Origin: Tolypothrix carrinoi HA7290-LM1
Lineage (GTDB): Bacteria; Cyanobacteriota; Cyanobacteriia; Cyanobacteriales; Nostocaceae
DNA length: 64,000 bases
Reading direction: 5' to 3'
NCBI GenBank assembly: GCA_019358935.1
Contig: JAHHIK010000028.1
Span: forward strand, 9,186 to 73,185
The translations under genes were made by a program, and so were the position numbers. Below are positions 10,756 to 19,458 of the stretch, piece after piece. Numbering within the stretch: position 1 is the stretch's first letter; every line of letters starts with the position of its first letter. The notes below the pieces were generated by a model that searched no databases, was not told where the DNA came from, and saw nothing but the letters and a program-made list of their open reading frames with translations.

Positions 10756-11802
10756 ATGAATCTGGTTGTACTCCAGAACTGGCTGGACAATGCCTCCTTT
10801 GCCGTTTTATTTCTCACAATGCTGGTTTATTGGGCTGGGGCAGCTTTTGGGAATCTGTCCGCAATTGCCGCTTTGGGGACAGCTGGTATGGCGATCGCTA
10901 ATTTGTGTATAGCCACGCTACTAGGAGCGCGATGGATCGAAGCTGGTTATTTTCCTTTGAGCAATCTTTATGAATCGTTATTTTTCTTAACTTGGGGAAT
11001 TACTACCGTCCATTTAATTGCGGAAAACACTAGCCGCAGCCGCTTGGTAGGGGTTTTTACAGCACCTGTGGCGATGTGTATCAGCGCTTTTGCTACCCTG
11101 ACACTGCCTTCAACAATGCAATCAGCCGAACCGTTAGTGCCTGCACTGAAATCTAATTGGCTGATGATGCACGTTAGTGTGATGATGTTAAGTTATGCGG
11201 CTTTGATGGTAGGTTCGCTGTTAGCGATCGCCTTTCTTTTCGTTACTGGCGGTCAAAATATTCAACTACAAGGTAGTTCTGTCGGTACTGGTGGTTATCG
11301 CAGCAACGGCTACCGCTTGCATAAAGCTGGTGAACTAGTTTCTGTACCAACTCCCGCTGCGGAAAATAATGGTTTTGCTCGTAATGAGCGTAATACCAAC
11401 GGCAACGGCAAAACAGCAGTTTTGGATACAGTACTCGCAACACCAATCCCAAATTCCGAACAAACCCTTACACCCCAGCGCCTCAGCCTTGCCGAAACCT
11501 TAGATAATGTCAGTTATCGCATCATTGGGTTAGGATTTCCCCTGCTAACAATTGGCATTATTGCTGGTGGAGTTTGGGCAAATGAAGCTTGGGGTACTTA
11601 TTGGAGTTGGGACCCGAAAGAAACTTGGGCGCTAATTACTTGGTTAGTGTTTGCGGCATATCTTCACTCTAGAATTACTCGTGGTTGGCAAGGGCGTCGT
11701 CCGGCAATTTTAGCTGCTACTGGCTTTGTTGTTGTTTGGATTTGTTATTTGGGTGTGAATCTTTTGGGTAAGGGTTTGCATTCTTACGGTTGGTTTTTTT
11801 AA
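10756..11802 (+). CDS. ccsB: Cytochrome c biogenesis protein CcsB/CcsA (system II)
   Basis: [15 protein letters not shown] and [18 protein letters not shown] (WWD domain). Confidence 0.96.
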   Translation: MNLVVLQNWLDNASFAVLFLTMLVYWAGAAFGNLSAIAALGTAGMAIANLCIATLLGARWIEAGYFPLSNLYESLFFLTWGITTVHLIAENTSRSRLVGVFTAPVAMCISAFATLTLPSTMQSAEPLVPALKSNWLMMHVSVMMLSYAALMVGSLLAIAFLFVTGGQNIQLQGSSVGTGGYRSNGYRLHKAGELVSVPTPAAENNGFARNERNTNGNGKTAVLDTVLATPIPNSEQTLTPQRLSLAETLDNVSYRIIGLGFPLLTIGIIAGGVWANEAWGTYWSWDPKETWALITWLVFAAYLHSRITRGWQGRRPAILAATGFVVVWICYLGVNLLGKGLHSYGWFF

Positions 11803-11814
11803 GAATGTTATTGT

Positions 11815-11847
11815 TTTTCCCCTCTTTTGTGAGAGGGGAAATTTTTA
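11815..11847 (+). terminator. Intrinsic terminator after ccsB
   Basis: TTCCCCTCT-tttgtg-AGAGGGGAA followed by ATTTTTT. Confidence 0.7.
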
Positions 11848-12015
11848 ACGTAGACGCGTTCGCCCTTGGCGTTGCCGCAGGCTAGCGGCTTGCCGCAGGC
11901 TACCGCAGAGAACGCGGAGGACGCGGAGGAAGAGAAGAGAGAGGGAATTTGGGAGTTGTTTTTGGGATTAACTTTTATCTTTTGGGAATTATAGATTTAG
12001 TTCCAGGAGATTGTT

Positions 12016-12321
12016 ATGGGAAATGGATTTGAGGGGCTGAGTCCGGATGATGTTGTGTCTATGACTTATGGGGAAATTCTAATTCCTCACCATACGTTCA
12101 AAGTGGGTGAATTCAAAGCAAAAATGAAGGAAGTCTTGCCAGGAAACAATCAACTTAAAGATAAGTGGTTGACTGAAGGACAATCTTGTGAAATCTTAAA
12201 ACCTGGTGCTAAAGGTTGGCAAAAGGGAAAAGTCCGCATCACTTTAGAATTCTGCCCCGATGAACCTGAATCACCGCTTGATGACCTTCGCCAGCAACTC
12301 AAACAAATTCAACATCAATAA
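12016..12321 (+). CDS. KGK domain protein (copy 1)
   Basis: CEILKPGAKGWQKGKVRITLEFCPDEPESPLDDLRQ. Confidence 0.9.
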   Translation: MGNGFEGLSPDDVVSMTYGEILIPHHTFKVGEFKAKMKEVLPGNNQLKDKWLTEGQSCEILKPGAKGWQKGKVRITLEFCPDEPESPLDDLRQQLKQIQHQ

Positions 12322-12557
12322 TATTGCAAAAATTTCATAACGCCTTAACGAACCGCACCAGAAGCTAGTGCGTTGCGTATTTTCCACTCGTCACGTTTTC
12401 GCTCTTAAGCTTCCCCCGAAAAGCTGCCGAGAAAGTTGTAGCAACTGGCGCGATGCGGAGAACGTGGAGGAAGAGAAGAAAAAGGGAATTTGGGAGTTGT
12501 TTTTGAGATTAACTCTTATCTCTGGGGAATTATAGATTTAGTTCCAGGAGATTGAAT

Positions 12558-12914
12558 ATGAATGATGAATGGCAGCTGCTAAATCAAATAGAAGATGTTC
12601 TGCTTTTTAGGAACAATCGGTTTGATAATTTACACCTTACTCAAATAGTGTGTCAATTTTTAAATGAAATTAAGTCCAAGTGGTTGAACGCTGTCTGTTT
12701 ACAGCAATTGCTTGGAGATGGATTTGAATGTGAAGTATTAATGCCTGGTAAAAAATGGCGAACAGGCAAAATTAGAATGCGACTTTGCTTTGATTTCTGC
12801 CCTGATGTACCTGAAATCGACGAGAAAGCGGAAAATAATCAGCTAGATATCAGTCAACCAGCCTCTCCACTTGACGACCTTCGTCAGCAACTCAAACAAA
12901 TTCAACATCAGTAA
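12558..12914 (+). CDS. KGK domain protein (copy 2)
   Basis: CEVLMPGKKWRTGKIRMRLCFDFCPD...SPLDDLRQ; AGGAG RBS upstream of ATG 12558. Confidence 0.85.
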   Translation: MNDEWQLLNQIEDVLLFRNNRFDNLHLTQIVCQFLNEIKSKWLNAVCLQQLLGDGFECEVLMPGKKWRTGKIRMRLCFDFCPDVPEIDEKAENNQLDISQPASPLDDLRQQLKQIQHQ

Positions 12915-13082
12915 ACCGCGAAAATTTCAGTACGAGCAAAGCCCAACTGCGTGTGCCAAATGCTTTTTTATGTATAGCAGTTTTTATCAAAGTCTTTTAA
13001 TTGGCGTTCTTCTTTGCGCCTCTGCGCCTTTGCGTGAGACATAATATCTATATACGAAATCTACAATCTAAAAATTACTTTG

Positions 13083-13270
13083 ATTTAGTCCGCGTAGGCG
13101 GACTTCGTTTGTGTAGCCGAGCCAGTGCGTAGGCATCGGCAGCGCGGTCTTGGGGAGGCAGTGCGTTGGGCGGCTCCGCCGACTTGAAGCATCTGCCGTG
13201 GTTCCCCCCATGAGCGACTGCCGCAAGGGTTTCCCGGCAGCCGCGCATCTGGCGTGCGATTTTAATCGTC
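13083..13270. repeat. Nested small palindromic dispersed repeats
   Basis: Outer CCGCGTAGGCGGACTT..GTGTAGCCG/GCGATTTTAATCG unit interrupted by several GC-rich hairpin units. Confidence 0.7.
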
Positions 13271-13285
13271 CGGTATTAATAAACA

Positions 13286-14338
13286 ATGAGCCGCTCTTCT
13301 TGGACTCCTCTCCATGCAAAAATACATCGCACCATTGGATCGCGTCATCTATTTGAACGCAACCAACGCTTATTAGTTGCGGTTTCCGGTGGGCAAGATT
13401 CTCTGTGTTTAATCAAATTACTGTTAGATTTACAACCAAAATGGGGATGGCATTTAGGTATCGCTCACTGCGATCATCGCTGGCGTGCTGACTCGCAAGC
13501 TAATGCACAGCATGTAAAAAATTTAGCCGAAAGTTGGGAAATATCCTTTTATTTAGAAACCGCTAACGAACCATTAAATAGTGAAGCGGCTGCACGAAAT
13601 TGGCGGTATCAAGCTTTGAATACGATCGCACTTGAACATAATTACAACTATATTGTTACAGGTCACACAGCAAGCGATCGCGCTGAAACTCTTCTTTACA
13701 ACTTAATGCGTGGTACTGGTGCTGATGGTTTGCAAGCTTTAACTTGGCAACGCTTATTAACCGATAATATTCTACTAGTGCGTCCACTTTTAGAAATCAC
13801 TCGCGCCCAAACGAAAGATTTTTGTACAGACTTTCAACTACCAATTTGGGAAGATTCTACCAACGAAGATTTGAAGTACACCCGTAACCGCATCCGCCTA
13901 GAATTATTACCATATTTGCAAGAAAATTTCAACCCCCAAGTTGAATCAGCTTTAGCTCAAACTGCCGAACTTCTGCAAGCCGAAGTGGAATACTTAGAAC
14001 AAGCAGCCGATCGCTTGCGCGAAGAGGCAATGGGGGAGGGAGATGGGGAGACAAGGAGACAAGGAGACAAGGAGACAAAAAGACAAGAGGAGATACTTCC
14101 CTCCCCCTTTGCACTCCCCCTAAAACTCAATCGTCGCATTTTGCAGAAAGCACCATTGGCGTTGCAACGTCGCGTCATGCGTTACTGTTTACAACAGATA
14201 CTTCCATGTGCCCCTAGTTTTGAGCAAATCGAAAAACTAACAGCTTTAATTACAGCACCAAACCGATCGCAAACCGATCCATTTCCAGGGGGTGCGATCG
14301 CCAAAGTAGAAAACGATTGGATTTATGTTAGTTGTTAG
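13286..14338 (+). CDS. tilS: tRNA(Ile)-lysidine synthetase
   Basis: AVSGGQDS PP-loop, AARNWRY, TGHTASDRAET, RNRIR. Confidence 0.96.
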   Translation: MSRSSWTPLHAKIHRTIGSRHLFERNQRLLVAVSGGQDSLCLIKLLLDLQPKWGWHLGIAHCDHRWRADSQANAQHVKNLAESWEISFYLETANEPLNSEAAARNWRYQALNTIALEHNYNYIVTGHTASDRAETLLYNLMRGTGADGLQALTWQRLLTDNILLVRPLLEITRAQTKDFCTDFQLPIWEDSTNEDLKYTRNRIRLELLPYLQENFNPQVESALAQTAELLQAEVEYLEQAADRLREEAMGEGDGETRRQGDKETKRQEEILPSPFALPLKLNRRILQKAPLALQRRVMRYCLQQILPCAPSFEQIEKLTALITAPNRSQTDPFPGGAIAKVENDWIYVSC

Positions 14339-14529
14339 TTGTTGGTTGTTGGTTGTTGGTTGTTAGTTGTTAGTTGTTGGTTGTTGGTTGTTAGTTGTTG
14401 GTTGTTAGTTGTTGGTTGTTGGTTGTTAGTTGTTGGTTAACAGTTATCGACTATCCACTATCCACTATCGACTATCCACTATCTACTATCTACTATCCAC
14501 TATCCACGCTCCTCCGCTCCTCCTAACTT

Positions 14530-16284
14530 TTAAGACGCTAACAATTCTGGTTGAATCAAACTTAAAATAGTTTGACGCATCTGGGTAATAGTCTGAAGTT
14601 GATAATCACCAGTTTCCTCTACTGTAGCCAAAGATTCAGCTATGCCTTGCAGCTTGTGGCGTAAACCGTCCAAGGAATCCTGAATTGGTTGTAGCGTTTC
14701 TTGATAAACATTAACTTTAGCTGAATATTCAGCAGTGGCTATTCGCAACAGTTGCAAATTTTCTTCCAACACTTTTAGTTCTTGGTGCTTTTCTTCTTGC
14801 TCTTGGATTTGATTATTGAGCGTTTTCTCGGCTAGCTCAATTTGAGAACGTATCTCTTCAATCTCACGTTCTAAGTTTTGTAGTTCCTCCGACTGTTGTT
14901 GTTGCTGCGCCTCCATTTGTCGCAAAATTGGTACTAAATCTATTTTTTGATCGTCTTCATTGGCAGATGAATGTCCTTGTCGCCGATGCAATACCGCTTG
15001 GTGTTGTTTAAAAGACTCTTGCCGCTGTAATAAACTGCGGCGTTGTCCCACCAATGTTTCATTCAACATCTGGTATAAGTCTTTTTCATCTGCCAATTCC
15101 ATTTCTAAGTTGATATGGTCATTGTCAGATGCTTGATTTAACTTATTTTGCAATTCGTCTATAGTGTCTTGTTTGAATTTAAGTTCAACTTCTTGCTCGT
15201 GGACAAAGCTAGAGTCAATTTGCAACTTTTCGTGCAAGTCCTGCACTGTTTGTTGCAGTTCTTCTAGCGGCATTTTCTCCAAAGCTTCGACATTAACTTG
15301 CTCGCCAAGAACTACATCCCCAGAAATAGCCACCAAAAATTGAATCTGCTGGTGTAAATCTTCTTGGTGTTGTAACTGCTGTTTAAGCATCCGAGCGCAC
15401 TCTTGTTTACTAGCAAGAGATGCTGTATTCATTTTCAAATCTGCTGTTTGCTGCAAGACTGCATTTTGGGTTTGTTGCCATTCACAAGCGCGATCGCACT
15501 TTGTTTGCTCTAGCTGGTCAAGTTCCTCTTGCTGTTGAATAGCCGCAGTTCTGAGAAATTCTAATTGTTGCCAGTGTGGATTAAGAGTAGCTTGCTGGTT
15601 TTCCACCATTTCTAAGGCAAAATTAAGATGCTCGCGCACTGTTACGTTTGGATCAACTTGACTCGAAAGGCGATCGAGCAACTCGCTCAACACCCGGCTT
15701 TGCTCCTCATCCAAAACATTTCCTTGCTGGAATTCTAATTGATGTTCCTCCAAACGGCGTTGCTCACCGCGCAAATGCTCCCAAGCACCTTCTAGTTCGT
15801 GACGATTGCGCTCAAATTCTTCTCGCAACCGTTCTACTTTTTGTTTTGATGTATCAACTTCTTGCTTTTCGGCTTCCAGACGTTGAAAATCATCATCCAT
15901 TTGTTGCAGTTGTTCCGCACGCGCTTCCATTTCCATTTCGCGGCGATTTAACTCTTGTGCTTGAAATGTCAGTGACTCTTTCCACTGGTCAATTTCTTCT
16001 TCTTTGAGCTTAAATTTTTCTACTTGACGAGAAAAATTCTGCAAAATATTAACTAGCGGACGCCCTGCTTCTTGAATTCTCTGCACTTGACGTTGAGGAT
16101 TCAATTCAACCAGCACCAGTGCGCCGTCGTTTAATTTGCTTGCGTCTTCAGCCGCAATCACTTCTTCTGAAACATTACTCCAATTTTGGTCTGTCCGTTG
16201 ACAAGCCAGTAATTTCAGTTCTGTTTTAGAACCACCACCGAGTAAGCCGCCTTTTTGTTTTTGTACTTCTGCTAAATACAGCAC
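14530..16284 (-). CDS. hmpF: Pilus motility/taxis coiled-coil protein HmpF
   Basis: MLYLAEVQKQKGGLLGG N-terminus; long coiled coil; divergent from the hmp chemotaxis-like cluster. Confidence 0.9.
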   Translation of the reverse strand: MLYLAEVQKQKGGLLGGGSKTELKLLACQRTDQNWSNVSEEVIAAEDASKLNDGALVLVELNPQRQVQRIQEAGRPLVNILQNFSRQVEKFKLKEEEIDQWKESLTFQAQELNRREMEMEARAEQLQQMDDDFQRLEAEKQEVDTSKQKVERLREEFERNRHELEGAWEHLRGEQRRLEEHQLEFQQGNVLDEEQSRVLSELLDRLSSQVDPNVTVREHLNFALEMVENQQATLNPHWQQLEFLRTAAIQQQEELDQLEQTKCDRACEWQQTQNAVLQQTADLKMNTASLASKQECARMLKQQLQHQEDLHQQIQFLVAISGDVVLGEQVNVEALEKMPLEELQQTVQDLHEKLQIDSSFVHEQEVELKFKQDTIDELQNKLNQASDNDHINLEMELADEKDLYQMLNETLVGQRRSLLQRQESFKQHQAVLHRRQGHSSANEDDQKIDLVPILRQMEAQQQQQSEELQNLEREIEEIRSQIELAEKTLNNQIQEQEEKHQELKVLEENLQLLRIATAEYSAKVNVYQETLQPIQDSLDGLRHKLQGIAESLATVEETGDYQLQTITQMRQTILSLIQPELLAS

Positions 16285-16901
16285 ACCGCTATTCCTTTTG
16301 ATGCACTTAACGCCCTGTATTGGGCTATACGTTAAATAATTGCGTAAATTTGTCTTACTTCACCTATTTAGGAAAATAAGACAAACAAAACTATTTATAG
16401 ACGCGAGATTTCGTCTTGATATTTATAAAATCAACTTGTCGCGTCTTTACATTTTGTACTGATGGCAGTTGTGATGACTACCGTGTTATCACTAGCATTG
16501 TAAAAGTATATTAAACAAAGTTAAGGTTTGAAGTTAGGGTATCGTTTTCTAATGTGTTCTTTCTATACATGAAGCAGAGTGCGATGTCTTTTGACAAAAA
16601 GTCAGCGCATCTACGCCCAAAAACCGAAATTCATGAAAATTTCTCGACCCAGATTAATGTAATGCCCGTCTAAATGCTGTATTAGGACAACACAGCACAA
16701 AAGCGCTTCTTTTTTCAGTCTGTTTTAGGAATGAGCGCAAAAATAATTGTAAGGCACATTATAAAGTAGCGGTAATTCATGAATTACCGCTACTTACGAC
16801 ACGGCGTTATTATTGCGTAAGTCCTGTGTTTGAAACATTGAAAAAAAGGGCAAAATTAACATTGAATGTAAATAAAATGACTTGGAGCGCCTTTTAGCTA
16901 A

Positions 16902-18167
16902 ATGTACGGAAATTTAAATGAAATTGATATTCGTAGTATTCTCCAATTGATTGAGTTGGGGCAGCGAACAGGGCAATTATTTGTAGAAGCCCGTAGTCAC
17001 AATAGCAACAAACTTAGTGTAGATGAAGTAATTAGACAGCGTTCTTGGTCTGAGTTTAAACAACAGTCTTGGTACGTATTTTTTCTCAATGGTCAAATTA
17101 TTTATTGCCAAGATAGCGACAGCAGTTTGACAAGAATTGCCGATTACTTGCGTCATTACCGAGTTCAGACACGGCTTGACAAAGTACAACTTGCTTACCT
17201 AGAAACCCTAAATGCTCCAGAGTACGGCTATCTTTGGACGCTTTTAGAGCGGAATATTATTCAACCAAAAGTGGCGCAAACTATTATTCACCGCTTGGTG
17301 CATGAGACTTTGTTTGATTTACTGAGTTTACATCAAGGTAACTTCATTTTCGATTTGGGTTCGGCATTTGCCCCGCAATTAACTACCTTAGAGATTGCTC
17401 CGCTTGTCACCAAAATTATGAAGCAGGTGCAAGAGTGGAAGTTGCTTTATCCGCATATTCAATCTCCCGATCAATTTCCGGTGCTTGCTGATATAACTGA
17501 ACTACGCTCCTCACTGCCGGCAGCAACGCTAAATAAGTTACAGCAGTGGGTGGATGGTAAAACATCTTTGCGTCAATTGGCTCGGTATCTGAATCGAGAC
17601 GTTTTGACAGTTGCTAAAGCAATATATCCATACGTGCAACAAGGTTGCGTGCATTTAGTATATTCAAGTACATCTACGGATGCACAAATACAAAAGAGTC
17701 AACAAGAGTTATTACAAAAGACACGCATAGTCTGTATTGACGATACGGCTACGATTTGTGAAACTGTAGAGTCTATTTTGAAACCACTTGGTTATGAAGC
17801 GATCGCCTTCACCAATCCCCTAGAAGCGATTAGCCGCATTTTTCAAATCAAGCCAAATCTAATTTTATGCGATATAACCATGCCAGAGTTGGATGGTTAC
17901 GAAATTTGTGGAATGCTGCGACATTCAACAGCATTTCGGCTCGTGCCGATTATCATGCTAAGTAGTAAAAATGCATTTATCGATCGCGTTAGAGCAAGGA
18001 TGGTTGGGGCATGTGATTATTTAACAAAACCATTTACAGACACAGAATTGCTGATGCTTGTAGAAAAATATCTCAACTATAGTGTTGTTTGGCGACACAA
18101 CCAAAACGTAAGACTTGTTGATCCCATCCCAGATCGAGTAAAAGATAATATCACAGAATCAGCTTGA
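16902..18167 (+). CDS. hmpA: PatA-type response regulator (PATAN + receiver), HmpA/PilG
   Basis: GNLNEIDIRSILQLIELGQRTG PATAN N-terminus; C-terminal receiver CDITMPELDG. Confidence 0.85.
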   Translation: MYGNLNEIDIRSILQLIELGQRTGQLFVEARSHNSNKLSVDEVIRQRSWSEFKQQSWYVFFLNGQIIYCQDSDSSLTRIADYLRHYRVQTRLDKVQLAYLETLNAPEYGYLWTLLERNIIQPKVAQTIIHRLVHETLFDLLSLHQGNFIFDLGSAFAPQLTTLEIAPLVTKIMKQVQEWKLLYPHIQSPDQFPVLADITELRSSLPAATLNKLQQWVDGKTSLRQLARYLNRDVLTVAKAIYPYVQQGCVHLVYSSTSTDAQIQKSQQELLQKTRIVCIDDTATICETVESILKPLGYEAIAFTNPLEAISRIFQIKPNLILCDITMPELDGYEICGMLRHSTAFRLVPIIMLSSKNAFIDRVRARMVGACDYLTKPFTDTELLMLVEKYLNYSVVWRHNQNVRLVDPIPDRVKDNITESA

Positions 18168-18479
18168 CTGGGGAATGGGGAATGGGGAATGGGGAGATGG
18201 GGAGACAGGGAGACAAGGGAGACAAGGGAGACAAGGGAGACAAGGGAGACAAGGGAGACTGGGGACTAGAAAAATAATTACCACCAATTACCAACAACTA
18301 ACAACCCTTCGGGTTCACCACTTGCGCGGCTGTCGGCAGAGCGCGATAGCGCAGTGGTTCACCAACAACTAACAACCAACAACTAACAACTAACAACTAA
18401 CAACTAACAACCAACAATTCTCAGTTAAATTAGTGAAAAATAGAATAAATTTATACACGAAATGCTTGCGGGGAAGTCA

Positions 18480-18488
18480 GGGAATGCT
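18480..18488 (+). promoter_or_regulatory. Putative SigJ-type promoter box (GGGAATGCT) upstream of hmpB
   Basis: One mismatch to the GGGAATACT J-box known from Nostoc punctiforme motility genes; 43 nt before the hmpB ATG. Confidence 0.55.
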
Positions 18489-18531
18489 CCAGATAGGGAA
18501 ACGTCTACATCAGGAGGTAAATTAGGCATTT

Positions 18532-18897
18532 ATGAGTACAGTTCTGATTGTGGAAGACAGTGTGGCACAAAGGGAGATGATTACAGACCTCCTAAAAGCG
18601 AGTGGCTTAACAGTCACCCATGCCAGTGACGGATTAGAAGCGTTAGAAGCAATTCAAACCACAGCTCCGGATCTAGTGGTATTAGATATTGTCATGCCCA
18701 GGATGAATGGCTACGAAGTTTGTCGTCGGCTAAAGTCAGATCCAAAAACCCAAAATGTCCCTGTAGTCATGTGTTCTTCCAAAGGTGAAGAATTCGATCG
18801 CTACTGGGGGATGAAACAAGGCGCCGATGCCTACATAGCTAAACCGTTTCAGCCAACCGAGTTGGTAGGAACAGTCAAACAACTGCTGCGAGGATAA
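18532..18897 (+). CDS. hmpB: CheY-like response regulator HmpB/PilH
   Basis: Single receiver domain VEDS..LDIVMPRMNGYEVC..KPF. Confidence 0.9.
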   Translation: MSTVLIVEDSVAQREMITDLLKASGLTVTHASDGLEALEAIQTTAPDLVVLDIVMPRMNGYEVCRRLKSDPKTQNVPVVMCSSKGEEFDRYWGMKQGADAYIAKPFQPTELVGTVKQLLRG

Positions 18898-18910
18898 GGA
18901 TGGAAAAAAC

Positions 18911-19441
18911 ATGGTTAAGTTACCGGACTTTTTAGGAGGCAGCGGTCAAGACCACTTCCGTCCTGAATTTCAAGTAGAAAGTCCTGAAGGTGAGTTACAT
19001 TTACGGTTTTACATTCCCTCGCATCAGGAGTTTGCACTACCAGCCACAGGCATCCGCGAGGTAATTGAACTAAGTCCCGATAGAATTACTCCAATTCCTA
19101 ATGCTTCTGGTTTACTTTTGGGTACTCTAAATTTACGAGGTCGAGTAATTTGGGTGGCTGATTTGGGTCAATTTTTAGGAGAAGTAACTCCGTTAAATAC
19201 CGACAAAGCAGAAATTCCGGTGATTGCTATAGAAGAGCAAGACACAATAGTCGGTTTAGCAGTAGAACAAATTGGTGGCATGGACTGGCTTGACGTGCAG
19301 CATCTAATCGCACCAAATAACGTGCCAGATGCTATGGCTCCCTTTTTGCGGGGAGAGTGGTTATTAGATGCTCAAAAAAATCAGTGTCTGCGACTGCTAG
19401 ATCAAATGGCTATTTTGCGGAGTGCGCGGTGGGCAGGATGA
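18911..19441 (+). CDS. hmpC: CheW-like protein HmpC/PilI
   Basis: ITPIPN..LLGTLNLRGRVIWVADL. Confidence 0.9.
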   Translation: MVKLPDFLGGSGQDHFRPEFQVESPEGELHLRFYIPSHQEFALPATGIREVIELSPDRITPIPNASGLLLGTLNLRGRVIWVADLGQFLGEVTPLNTDKAEIPVIAIEEQDTIVGLAVEQIGGMDWLDVQHLIAPNNVPDAMAPFLRGEWLLDAQKNQCLRLLDQMAILRSARWAG

Positions 19442-19458
19442 AATAAAAGAGGCAGGAA

